DNA from: the human T2T-CHM13v2.0 reference genome, Homo sapiens
DNA length: 64,000 nt
Reading direction: 5' to 3' (one strand)
Assembly (NCBI RefSeq): GCF_009914755.1
Contig: NC_060929.1
How positions within the stretch are numbered: the stretch's first letter is position 1; each line of letters begins with the position of its first letter. Positions 1-14,199 of this stretch are shown here, piece after piece. The notes under the pieces were generated by a model. That model saw only the letters and a list, made by a program, of their open reading frames with translations. It searched no databases and was not told the DNA's origin. A program made the translations under genes and the position numbers.

Positions 1-1599
1 TAATATTTTGTCAAATTTACCTCAAATCCTCTTTTTTTCCTAATTGCATTCTTCTCCCTCCATCTCCAGAAATAATTGCGATTAAGAATTTGATTTATAT
101 TTTTCCAGTCCAAACTTATCTCTTTGCTATGTATGTGTCTATAAACAACATATAGCACTCATTGTATCTTTCTTATTGTGTTTTTGTAACTGGACATTTG
201 TAATTTGACATCTATCCCTCTTAAGACCAAGGCTATTATTTCTAATAATTCTCTACTCCTAAAATTGCCACTGTGTGGCAAATGATGGCCAGAGTTAAAG
301 GCCTTAAGTTCTTTTTGTCACTTTTTCAGGAGACTTTTTTCATCTAAACATCTTTTGTAATAAGCAGTATATGAACAGTATTATTTAGCACATTTAACTC
401 TGTCAACAGTTTTCAGTGGATAGTGTGAAGACCTTTTTTAAAAAGTCATAACTCGATGCCTCTGGATATGCTGAAATCCTCATGAAGCTGTTGTCTCTAT
501 TATATGTGAATACATCCATTAAGTGTTGATAGTAATGGTTGTAAGGTCCTTTGGTTTATAGCTCTAACCACATAGGGAATGATATATTTTAGTGGAGAAT
601 TAGTCTCTGGCATTGCTGAAACTGATTACTTATAGCACCACTCACCCCATGTATATAACAAGTGCTGATGGTGTAGTATTTCAGCTGTGATGACATAAGA
701 ATTTTTTTTAACCTTATTGAGCCAGCTTCTGCCTTCTATTCTTGAACTCCTTTTTGACTTTGGCTGTATGTGACTCAACAACTCTCTGTAAGTCAACAGC
801 TGCCAGATGCTAAGTGTAATTAAGGCTTTACATGTATTTGTAACCTACGACATGTGTTTGGAACACAGGAAGCAAGGTAGGAAAGGAAGAAAAGGAAAAC
901 TCTTGACTCAGTTTCAATTATCCTCTCCCTGCTTAATGGATGCTAACACGCACTAGGAAGCTATGGTCTTGCCATTTTTTATAAGCTCAATGGCTGGAGG
1001 CTTAGTATGGTTTTAGACAAGTATCTACATCCTAACTGTAATTGGTGATGAGGCAGTTGATTTAAAAGAATTCTTTTACAAACAAGAGTATATCATTAAC
1101 ATTTCCCCTCAAATATTTGTGGTCTAATATACGGTGTGATTACTTACTGAGGCAAAGTATCTGCTATACATATATTCACCTGCTGATAGACTGTGATCCA
1201 TCCATCTCACTAGATGTCAGAATGTAGATGAGTTAATTAACTCTTGAGATCTAGAATAATTCTTCTGTGATAGGAAAGTCAAAGTGTTTTCAAAACATCA
1301 AGCACATGATGGAAATAGGCACCTTGGTGAGTGCTGTAAATGCAAGTGTCATGTGCCTTTTGGTTAATTTCAGTAATGTTAGCAGCGTCTCTACTGATAT
1401 ATCATACTTTTTGTATTTTTATGGAAAAGTAAGATATTGCATTACTTAATGGAATAAACATTAAATATATCTAAATATATGCAGCTTAACTAAAAACTGC
1501 ATTTTATTTACATTGTGGCAGAATAAGCTGAAAATAGAACCCCATTTCATTGCTTATCGTTTTGTAGTTTTATATTTACTATTAAGAGTACAATAATAA

Positions 1600-1780
1600 T
1601 AATAGTAACATGAATAATAATAGCTAATATCGATCGACTTATTGGTGTGTGTGTGTTTGTTACACACACCTACACACGTATTTATTGCATGTGACCACAA
1701 GATGCAAGTACTATTATTCTTCCATTTTACAGGTGAGAAAATGGAAACAGAAGTATTAAATAGCTTGATCAGAACAACAA
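1600..1780. mobile_element. MIR fragment
   Basis: MIR core-like ttattcttccattttacaggtgagaaaatggaaacagaag...aaatagcttg. Confidence 0.7.
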
Positions 1781-2172
1781 CAACAAAACAGTCCTCACAG
1801 CAAGTAAGAGAACTCTCTATCCAGGCAGATTTAAAACAAAATAGAAGAAGAAATAAAAATAAGCAAAAGTCAGAAATCTGAGCATTGAATTGTTAGCCCA
1901 CAGTAGGTTTTCATTGTGAGCAAAGACTGCTACCAGAACTGCAATTGGGAAATGACCTGAGGCTTAGAGCAACAAGGACATGAAACTGAGATTTCTGTAG
2001 TAAGCCAGGAAACCTAAAAAGAGGTATGTGTTCAACACTACCACATGCACATTGCCTGTGTAGAATCAAATACAAATTTTTTAGCCGGCAAGAATCCCAG
2101 TTTAGGCCTGTGTGATTTTTGAAAATTAAAATAAACCAACATATCTAAAATTAAATATAATTAAGTATGTAA

Positions 2173-5100
<2,928 letters not shown>

Positions 5101-5129
5101 AAGCAAGTTTCTTCCTCTGTAGACTGATG

Positions 5130-5470
5130 ATCATCATAATAGCTACATTTGTTTTTTGGTTATTCTGATGCAGGCAACAATCTAAGCATTTTCCGCTGCT
5201 TTGTGTCATTCAGTACCCTCCTCCACCCTGTGAAAGTAGGTGCTATTTTTATGTCCCTTTTATAAATGAAGTCAGCAGAAGTAATTAATTCTAAGACTAT
5301 CTGGTCAACAAGTATTTTTAAAACAGACATTCTAACTCCTGATTTTCTTAACCTTAGGCTATATGGTGACTGTTTTGTAGGGCTGCTTTTTTAATTAAAA
5401 GGGGAAACTATATAAAAGCATTTAGGACAGTGCTTGACACATTTTGAAGCCTTCAGTAACTGTAAACTAA
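5130..5470. mobile_element. MIR fragments
   Basis: ccaccctgtgaaagtaggtgctatttttatgtcccttttataaatgaa; agcatttaggacagtgcttgacaca. Confidence 0.6.
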
Positions 5471-7139
5471 CCTAGTAGCCTTGCAGCTAACTCACTACTC
5501 TCTCTTTCCCTCTCTTTCTCTGATGAAAAAAATTGTTTAGGGAGGAAGAGTCTCATATAGTCAGGTGAATGTACATGTTTGTAATGCTCTCACATAGGAT
5601 AACTGATTGGTATAGTTTTTAATACTGAAATTGATTTTTAATTTCGTTGGAATTTTCATCAGCAGAAAACCATCTCCAACTAGCCAGGCTCCTGGACATT
5701 TCATTTTTATTTATGAACTGCCAGTTTTTCAGCAGAACCCTTTTGTTGTGGCTGATTTTGGGTTTTCCAAATTGGGCTTTGTTCAGATTGGAATGGGAAA
5801 ATGCCACCACATCAGAGGAGAATGCCACCTTCACCTTTTTCTTTGAAAGTTATAAGCTTACAGGAAAACCTAGGATACTGGAAACTCTTCTGTCTTCACT
5901 AGCCATCTTGGTGTTTCCTTGATTTAGTATGTGTTTATTAACATTGGAATGGTTCTAGTTACAAATTGTAAATGTTTGGACACATCAGAAGATATTTATA
6001 TAGATTAAAATAATGAGTCTAAAAGTTTACAAATATCAAAATATCAATCTCTTAGGTGTCATATATTAAAAAATGTAATTCTTAAAGCACACTTCTGAAA
6101 TATAAATATTTGGCTTAAACTTTTATGAATAATAATGCATGTACACTTACTCTGTTGTTTTAAGCCAGAGGATTTTGGGTGAACAGTTTTATCAACATTT
6201 GGGAAAATATCTAAATATGTAAAAACAGATGAACTTTAAAAGGTCATTAAAAGAGAGTTTATGTGAAGACTTTTAGGATATACAAGCATAAAACATTAGT
6301 ATTCATAAATACTTCCTCTGGTGCCTTCCAAAATGGTGATCATTAAATATGTAAATATGTAGGCTTTTATATTTGTATAAAAATAATATTTTAGATAATG
6401 TTGATAACGGTTTTAAACCGATTATTTTGTATGGCTCACACATATCTACAATTGGCCAACATTTAAATATAACATATTTAAATGCGAGATAACAATTTGG
6501 CATTTCATTTTGATTTGTCAAACAGAAATAAAATTATATTTTATCACTTACAACTGCTACATTTTTCTTGATAACTTTCTATGGGCAAAAACTTAAGGCA
6601 TCATGTCAAATCACTTCAATTTCTTTGATAAAAAGTACTATAACGTTATAATATCTATCTTTTTCTTAAATATCTGCTAGAAAAAATTGTACTCCATATT
6701 CATTCTTGACTTTAAAATGTACACTCTAACATTTGCACAAGAAAAATGACCCATGTTTGTTTACAAGGGATTCTCTTTGTTTTAGGATGAATGATTTTAG
6801 AAAAAGGCCGCTTAAAAAAGGAATCAATATTCAAAAGAACAAATGTTTCAAATTAAATAGTAAAAATAATTTATTGCAACTGTATCTTGAAAAAAATAAA
6901 CCTAATTATCAAAACTATATTTCAGTTTGTTTAATTTCATTTACTATTAGAACTAGGCATATTTTGCATAGTTCAGTTTAAATTTAATATTATTCACTAT
7001 TTGAATGATGCATATTTTTTTTCAAAGTGATAAAGAATAACAGTTTGGGGGTGGGGCATATATAGTCATGTTACAGCAAAATTGTTTGATTGTACCACAT
7101 TATATCCTTCCCTTTAGGCTTGCATTTTGCAGCAGGATC

Positions 7140-8065
7140 ATAGAGGGTCATTTTTTTTCCAAAAAATACTTGATGAGTTCATTAATTTTCCTAAGGGCTT
7201 CTCATTAACCTTTTATTTAAATAATTATCAAGTTGAGATTTTCTTGGTACGCGATATGACCAATGATTTTTTTACTATATCCTGGCCAATTGAAATATTA
7301 CATTATGAAACCCTGGATCGTATTTAAATCTTCTGTTATAGTAAGCCTCTTCTGACACTGAGCCGATGGGAATAGTGGGATACTGTGTCTTGACAGCCAG
7401 GTGGATGTAAAGGTGTACTTTGTGTATACTGTGTGTGTATTTTGACAAGGTGAGGAAGGGGGTGCAGTGAAAGAGCGCTGCTTCGTCGCGGCAGGGCAGA
7501 GTTGAGATTTTAGAACCCTCCCCTACCCCCACCCCAGGCCTCTGCTGATGACAACCTCGCTGAGAGGGAGAGAGTTACCTCCTACCATTCCCCTCAGGTC
7601 CTCTTCTGATCATGGTGGTGAAATTATATTTAACATTTAGCCTTCTCTGCCCCCAGCAAGGAGAGAGGGAGGGCTGGGGATAAAAGTCCGGGATCCCCGC
7701 GCTGGTCTCCACGGACAACACTTGGTCTTTTAAAATTTTACTCTGGTGTGTTTGTAAAAGTGTAGGGATGGGGCTCCTTGCTACAGCAGGCTGTACTTGG
7801 GGCTTGTTTTGTCTGCTGCCGTTTCCAATTTGCAGGTTTCTCTAGCACCAGGTTTGGAACATATGAGGCAAAAATAAACCCCAGGGAACTCACCACCATG
7901 TAGTTCCTGAGGCTCCAGGACCCTGTTAAGTCTACCTTGTCCTGTCCCATTTTTCAGAAACTGCTTATGTGATTTTTGTATGTAATGTCCAGGGGTTTTA
8001 GCTGTACTTAGTGGGAAAAGTAGAAAAGGGGAACACTAAATCTTGGTCCAGAACCAGATGTCTGT
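7140..8065 (-). mobile_element. Old L1M 5'-end fragment
   Basis: aaaccccagggaactcaccaccatg...aatgtccaggggttttagctgtacttagtgggaaaag resembles antisense L1M 5' ends as recalled; GC-richer interior. Confidence 0.6.
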
Positions 8066-8786
8066 CAAATCAGATTTTGAAGTTCCCATCGTCGTGACCA
8101 CACTATTTCTATCTTCTCTTGTTAACTGACTTAATTCTGTTAGATTTTCGTTATTCTGTGACCTTTTTGATGAACTATTTTTTTTTTGCATAATTTTTCT
8201 TGACTTCATGAAAATCTGCAACTTCCCAAGCTTTACAATCTAATTATAGATTGGCACCATATTACTTTCTGCTATCAGCAAGTAATTAATTACTTAGACG
8301 TTGATACGGTAGTTGATGTGAGAAGAGATACTAGGAGAAAGTGGGCAGGGATGGGTAGGGATTAATTTTATAAGTGGTCATTCGTGACTTTTCATGTTAT
8401 TACAACTTTTATTTCTCTGTATAAAATGACTTCTCTTAAATTCAGGGTGCTTGCATAACAAACATTTAGACAATGAAAGTTTTCTGTATTGCATACAGTT
8501 AGCTTTTATCTTCTTGCCCTTGTAGTATAAAATCTGTTCCAATGCTGGCATTTTCAGTGCTATTTGTGTATCCTGGTATTACCATGACATGATAATTCTG
8601 ACTTAACTACATATGTGCTTTTCCTAGTTAAAGGTTATTTCAAAGTTGGTAAAAACTTAGAAAATAAAGCCATGATCACAATGCAAAGACATATCTCTCC
8701 TTAAAATTGCATCCCAAATAGAATTAGTGGGTCAAAGAATGACCCTTGAATTCTGTTGCAAAATTTCTCTCTAAAAAAGGCATGGA

Positions 8787-9129
<343 letters not shown>

Positions 9130-10060
9130 TTACGATCAAGAAAAGACAATTTAACGTCCAAGATATTTATCAAGAGAGTTATTTTAAGACTTGTGTTCCC
9201 CTCTTTTGATCACTGAACAGTTTTTAGACATTAACATTCTCTCCCAACCTTAAATTACACTAAAATTGCTTTATGTAAATATTATAGATTGCATGTAATC
9301 GTTTATCTATAAAAATATTGATTCTGGCCTTGATAATGTACCATGGGGCCACACTGGGTGAGTTATCGGCAACAGCCATAGAGCACATACCTGAAATAAA
9401 ATGTATTGGCACATCATCTATATGCACTTTTATCAGTGATATCAGGAGACTGGAGGCAGATAGAAGATAAATAATACATATGTATTCCATGAATACTGAT
9501 ATATTGTGCCTCCTTGTTATCTTTCTGAAAGATAGTAAAGAAGAATGAAGGGTTCACGGCTTTCCACTAGAAATCTTAGCTTGGAGAATCACACAATGAG
9601 TAGTTTCTCTCTTTCATTCAAAGCTGCCACAGAGCTTACTGAAAACATAATTATGCGAGATGAATTAGGGCAAAATCAGTCTCCCATCGATGAGCAAAGT
9701 AAGTGCAAAACAGTAAGTTGAGCTAGTATTAAAAATGCTTCCATACTAATTTACATTCTGAGAAGTCTGTATAGAATGCAGGGCTTCTTGCTGTAAGATA
9801 AAATACATGGAAAACAATGGTTGGAAATCAATCCATATAGAAGAATATTTGGGAAAACTGGGTATGGTATGAGCAAACTGAAGTAGGTATGTGTGATAGC
9901 TTCTCAATAGAGTAAATCCCCAGTCCTTTGGAGTGTTCACCCCAAACTAGATGAACAGCTGGTGAACAGGCTGTGAAGGCATGAGGCTTCCTTGCACCTC
10001 CTTGACCTGTGCAAGGCATGAGGTCACCTTGCACCACGATGTGACCTCCATGGCTCCCTG

Positions 10061-10386
<326 letters not shown>

Positions 10387-10399
10387 TGTTCTTTTCCTA

Positions 10400-10570
10400 T
10401 GTAATATTTATCACTGTATGGATTGCACTTTGTTTATGTGATTCTTTGATTAATGCCTTTTTCCCCGATTAGACTGTAAATGTCATGGACTATATTTTTA
10501 TAATGCACACTGTTATATCCCTGATGCCTCACACAGTACTAGGAACAATAAATATTTGTTGAGTGATTTA
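10400..10570 (+). mobile_element. L2 3' end fragment
   Basis: ttagactgtaaatgtcatg...gcctcacacagtactaggaacaataaatatttgttgagtga. Confidence 0.7.
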
Positions 10571-11869
10571 ATAACTGGATAGACCCATTTTTATTTCTTT
10601 CTCCTGAGTATATGGCTCACCAGCTTCATATGTTAAGCCAGCATACCTGGAAAAAGCTTGGTCCAGAACCTGTTCCAGGTATTAATACTTACAATGAGGT
10701 TCCTATTCTTTAAGTTAGTGGAGAGTAGAAAGATACCAAACTAGGAATTGTGGGGAAATGGTGGCATTGGCAAGGAGTGAACCTGTTGGAAAGTGAAGAT
10801 GAAAAGGTAATTTTAAAAAAAAATCAATATTGATTTTAGAGGAAAATCTTCCTTTCTATATACCAATGTAAACATACTCATTTAGCTTTTCCTGGCAAAT
10901 TCAGCACAGACCTTCCAATTTTCTTTACAATGCTGTTCCTTTGTGGCTCGGGGGCTATAAGCTTGAAGGTGAAACTCTTAAAGTGCACTTTTTCTTTTCT
11001 AACATTTGTGGTTACTTTTTAAATGTATGCAAATCTTACTTGATTCCTGAAGACCTCAAGTTTGTTTTCTCATAAAAATAAGATTTCAATTTCTTATCTC
11101 AAGTAATTTTAACTAAAGAAGGGGCACTGTGTGTACTCCATGTCCTCCCATGGCCCTCAGCCCACTGTTACCTCTGGAACCCAGGCCAAAAACCACATGC
11201 AGTGCTCTTCACAAAGCCTCCTGTCCTCATACAACTTTTCCTTCTTTCCTGAGGAGGTCTTTGAAACTAGTTCTAGATAATGAGATGTGGGAAAACCATG
11301 TTAAAAGTTGTCTTAATACACACCCACTCCATTTTAAATGGGATTACATAGCTACAAATCCTCACATGTGGAATAAAAATATGTGTTTTAGTTTGGGTTT
11401 TCATTTATTGTGGGAAAATGAAGCAACATATCTTATGACTCTGTCCAGAAGGAACTTGCTCTCTAAGGACAAGATGGAAGAATATTAATATCAAATGACT
11501 TTTTTTCAATGACTTAAGGATGAGAAAAGCAACAATAGAAAGATCTTGTAATATTGTGTATACACACATACACACATACTCAGTAACTTCATTTTCATAG
11601 ACTACTGAGACTGAAATATAAATTTTAATGTATAATTATGAGACAGTACCAAGGATGCAAACTGGAACAGAATACTCTGGGCAGAGAATTTCAGAGAGCA
11701 TGATAAACTGTACCCAGGGAATAAACAGCAGCACTTAGCAGTGTGCTGATGGCAGAGAGGACTTCCCTCTTCACTGCACAGGTAGTGGGTAATCACCCCA
11801 TGCTGACAGGAACCTGCACTTGGGTTAGCTCTCCAATGAATAAGTTTCATTCTGAAGAGACAATTATGT

Positions 11870-12090
11870 ATAGAATTGGGCTTGATTCCATTTACACAAC
11901 CAAATTAGGCTGGGAAAGCTCAGTGTTCAGTGAAGACAAGAAAAAAGCTCAGAATAAAAAGACATATGTCTATTACAAATTAAAGTCCCACTAGGTTAAT
12001 GTGAGCTACACAGTGGTTTGGTGGTTTGTAAAATAAAAGGTAAAAAATGATATCGAGTATGTAGGCTACCATAGAGTGTCAAGTTACATC
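11870..12090 (+). mobile_element. Possible L3/CR1 fragment
   Basis: aggttaatgtgagctacacagtgg...taggctaccatagagtgtcaag weakly resembles CR1 RT region. Confidence 0.35.
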
Positions 12091-12419
12091 AAGAGTTTAG
12101 AGACAGAATGATAAGGAATGATCTTAATGTAATAGATATACGTAGAGTGGGTAAACTCTTGGCTTTGGTGTTATTTATGAGGTTTTCTCCACTCATAGCA
12201 GAGAAGTACATTTCTTCACTGCATTTTTTTCATTGTCATAAATTGGTTAAAGACAAAAGAAATCAGCATTATACATCAGTAAGTAGAGTGGACCACATGA
12301 TTCTATCTGTTTTGCATGGAAATCTTAAAACATCTTTTAAGGAGCCAAGTAGTAAGCACAAATAAATAAACTGCACCAAAATGTTGCCAGGTTTGCTTTT
12401 GCTGGAGACTGCTGACACT

Positions 12420-12660
12420 ATAGAAGCAGCACAAGTTGGGAGTCTGCAGGTACAGAGGTGAACCTGGATCTGCTGTGTGCCCAGGTGTGACCTTGGACAT
12501 GGTGTTTAACCTCTCTTTGTAAAGTGGTGATGTCAACACCTAAAATGCTGGGCTATGATGGTATTTAAATGGCATAAAGCCTAAAGGTATCTGGCCCATT
12601 TTCTGACACCTAATAACACACGTTTATAGAACATGACAACGTGTTCAATAAAAACCTATT
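12420..12660. mobile_element. MIR fragment
   Basis: ggtgtgaccttggacatggtgtttaacctctct...gtgttcaataaa. Confidence 0.6.
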
Positions 12661-12854
12661 CTCTTTGCTCCCTGTCAGATCATGAGTTCCCCCTATAGGT
12701 CCCCATGTGCACACATTCACTTTCCGTAAGTGAGGCCAACTTGTGGCTTTAAATTGTGTTAGCAAAGAGAGATTCTTTGATACCATTTAGAAACCAAAGG
12801 ACTAGCTCTTCATCCCTAGGATGCTGATTTCAGTGACACATTACATATACATAC

Positions 12855-13172
12855 CTAACATAACCTCATTTCTGCCAATGATGGACCACATATACAACAT
12901 GGTCTTGTAGGATTATAATACTGTATTTTTAGTGTATCTTTTCTATGTTTAAATACAAAGATACTTGCCACTATGTTACTTTGCCTACAGTATTCAGTAC
13001 ATAACATGCTGTGCATGTTTGTAGTGTAAGAGCAGTAGGCTAAACCTAAGCCTAGGTGTGTAATAGGCTAGACCATCTAGGTTTGTGTAAGTCACTCTGA
13101 TGTTCTCAGAGCAAACATCACCTAAGGATGCATTGCTCAGAACGTATCCCTCTCTTTAAGCAATGCATGATA
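12855..13172 (-). mobile_element. Tigger3a/MER7-like DNA transposon
   Basis: agcctaggtgtgtaataggctagaccatctaggtttgtgtaagt...ctcagaacgtatccc...taagcaatgcatga. Confidence 0.85.
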
Positions 13173-13179
13173 GCATTTA

Positions 13180-13620
13180 TTAAAAACGACTAGTTTGGCA
13201 CATGTTATATGAGGCACACAATCACCCTGAGAAAATTTTAAGAGATAAATGCCCAGATATTATAGATGAGAAAATTGGGGTTCGTGGAGTTAAGGGAATT
13301 ACCATAAATGAGACTTGTCAGTGGAAACTAGGACGGGCACCCAGGTCTTCTAGCTGCCACTCGTATTCATTAGAGGGTTAACGCTGTATGACCTGAACCT
13401 TAATCTGATCCCTGCGGAGGGATCAGATCCAGGTATTGCGACCATCAAGATGCATGGCCTTGGATAAGTGCCTTAAATCCTCTGGTCCCCGGTTTCCTCA
13501 TCTACAAAAGGATTACAGTAATATTATCATCTTCATAAAGTTGCAAAACATTAAAAAATATAAAAGTTGCAAAGTAAAATGTGCACAAGTAAGCACTTGG
13601 TGTATATTAGCTATTTTGAT
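13180..13620. mobile_element. Two oppositely oriented MIR fragments
   Basis: atagatgagaaaattggggttcgtggagttaagg (13260) and ccttggataagtgccttaaatcctctggtccccggtttcctcatcta (13460). Confidence 0.65.
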
Positions 13621-13923
13621 ACGTTCCGGGTTTTTTCAGCTACATGGAGCTACCTAGACAACAGGGTCAACATGCCTAAAAATCTCTGAAATAAAATCTG
13701 AGCATTTTGTCCTATCATCGATATTTACTTTCTTTCTTTTGTTTGTTTTTCAAAGGTATCCCACTGTCCTGAATACTCTTGTCCAAGATCTGTTTCTGTA
13801 CACCATGGTGAATTTGATGTATCTGTCAGATGGGAAAAGTGGCTGCTTTTTTGTAAGGATAAATTTTAACTTTGTAAAGCATCTCACAAATTTTAATCAG
13901 CTTCTCTGTCACTGTCACCCTAG

Positions 13924-14199
13924 GAACCAACTTCACCCTTGCCGAACTGGGCATCTGTGAGCCCTCCCCACACCGAAGCGGCTACTGCTCCGACATGGGG
14001 ATCCTTCACCAGGGCTACTCCCTTAGCACAGGGTCTGACGCCGACTCCGACACCGAGGGAGGGATGTCTCCAGAACACGCCATCAGACTGTGGGGCAGAG
14101 GGATAAAATCCAGGCGCAGTTCCGGCCTGTCCAGTCGTGAAAACTCGGCCCTTACCCTGACTGACTCTGACAACGAAAACAAATCAGATGATGAGAACG
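13924..14199 (+). CDS. TENM2: Internal coding exon of teneurin-2 (intracellular N-terminal domain), 276 nt, phase 1/1
   Basis: Acceptor ...cttctctgtcactgtcaccctag|GAACC and donor AACG|gtaggc. Open frame (G)[91 protein letters not shown](G), recognised as TENM2. Local jump in GC and CpG content. Confidence 0.96.

Noticed and set aside
7700-7722. ccacggacaa resembling RE1 (also ttcagcac at 10900 and 58352)
   Set aside because: Half-sites only.
13739-13960. ORF overlapping the acceptor region
   Set aside because: Different frame from TENM2, non-ATG start, no homology recognised.
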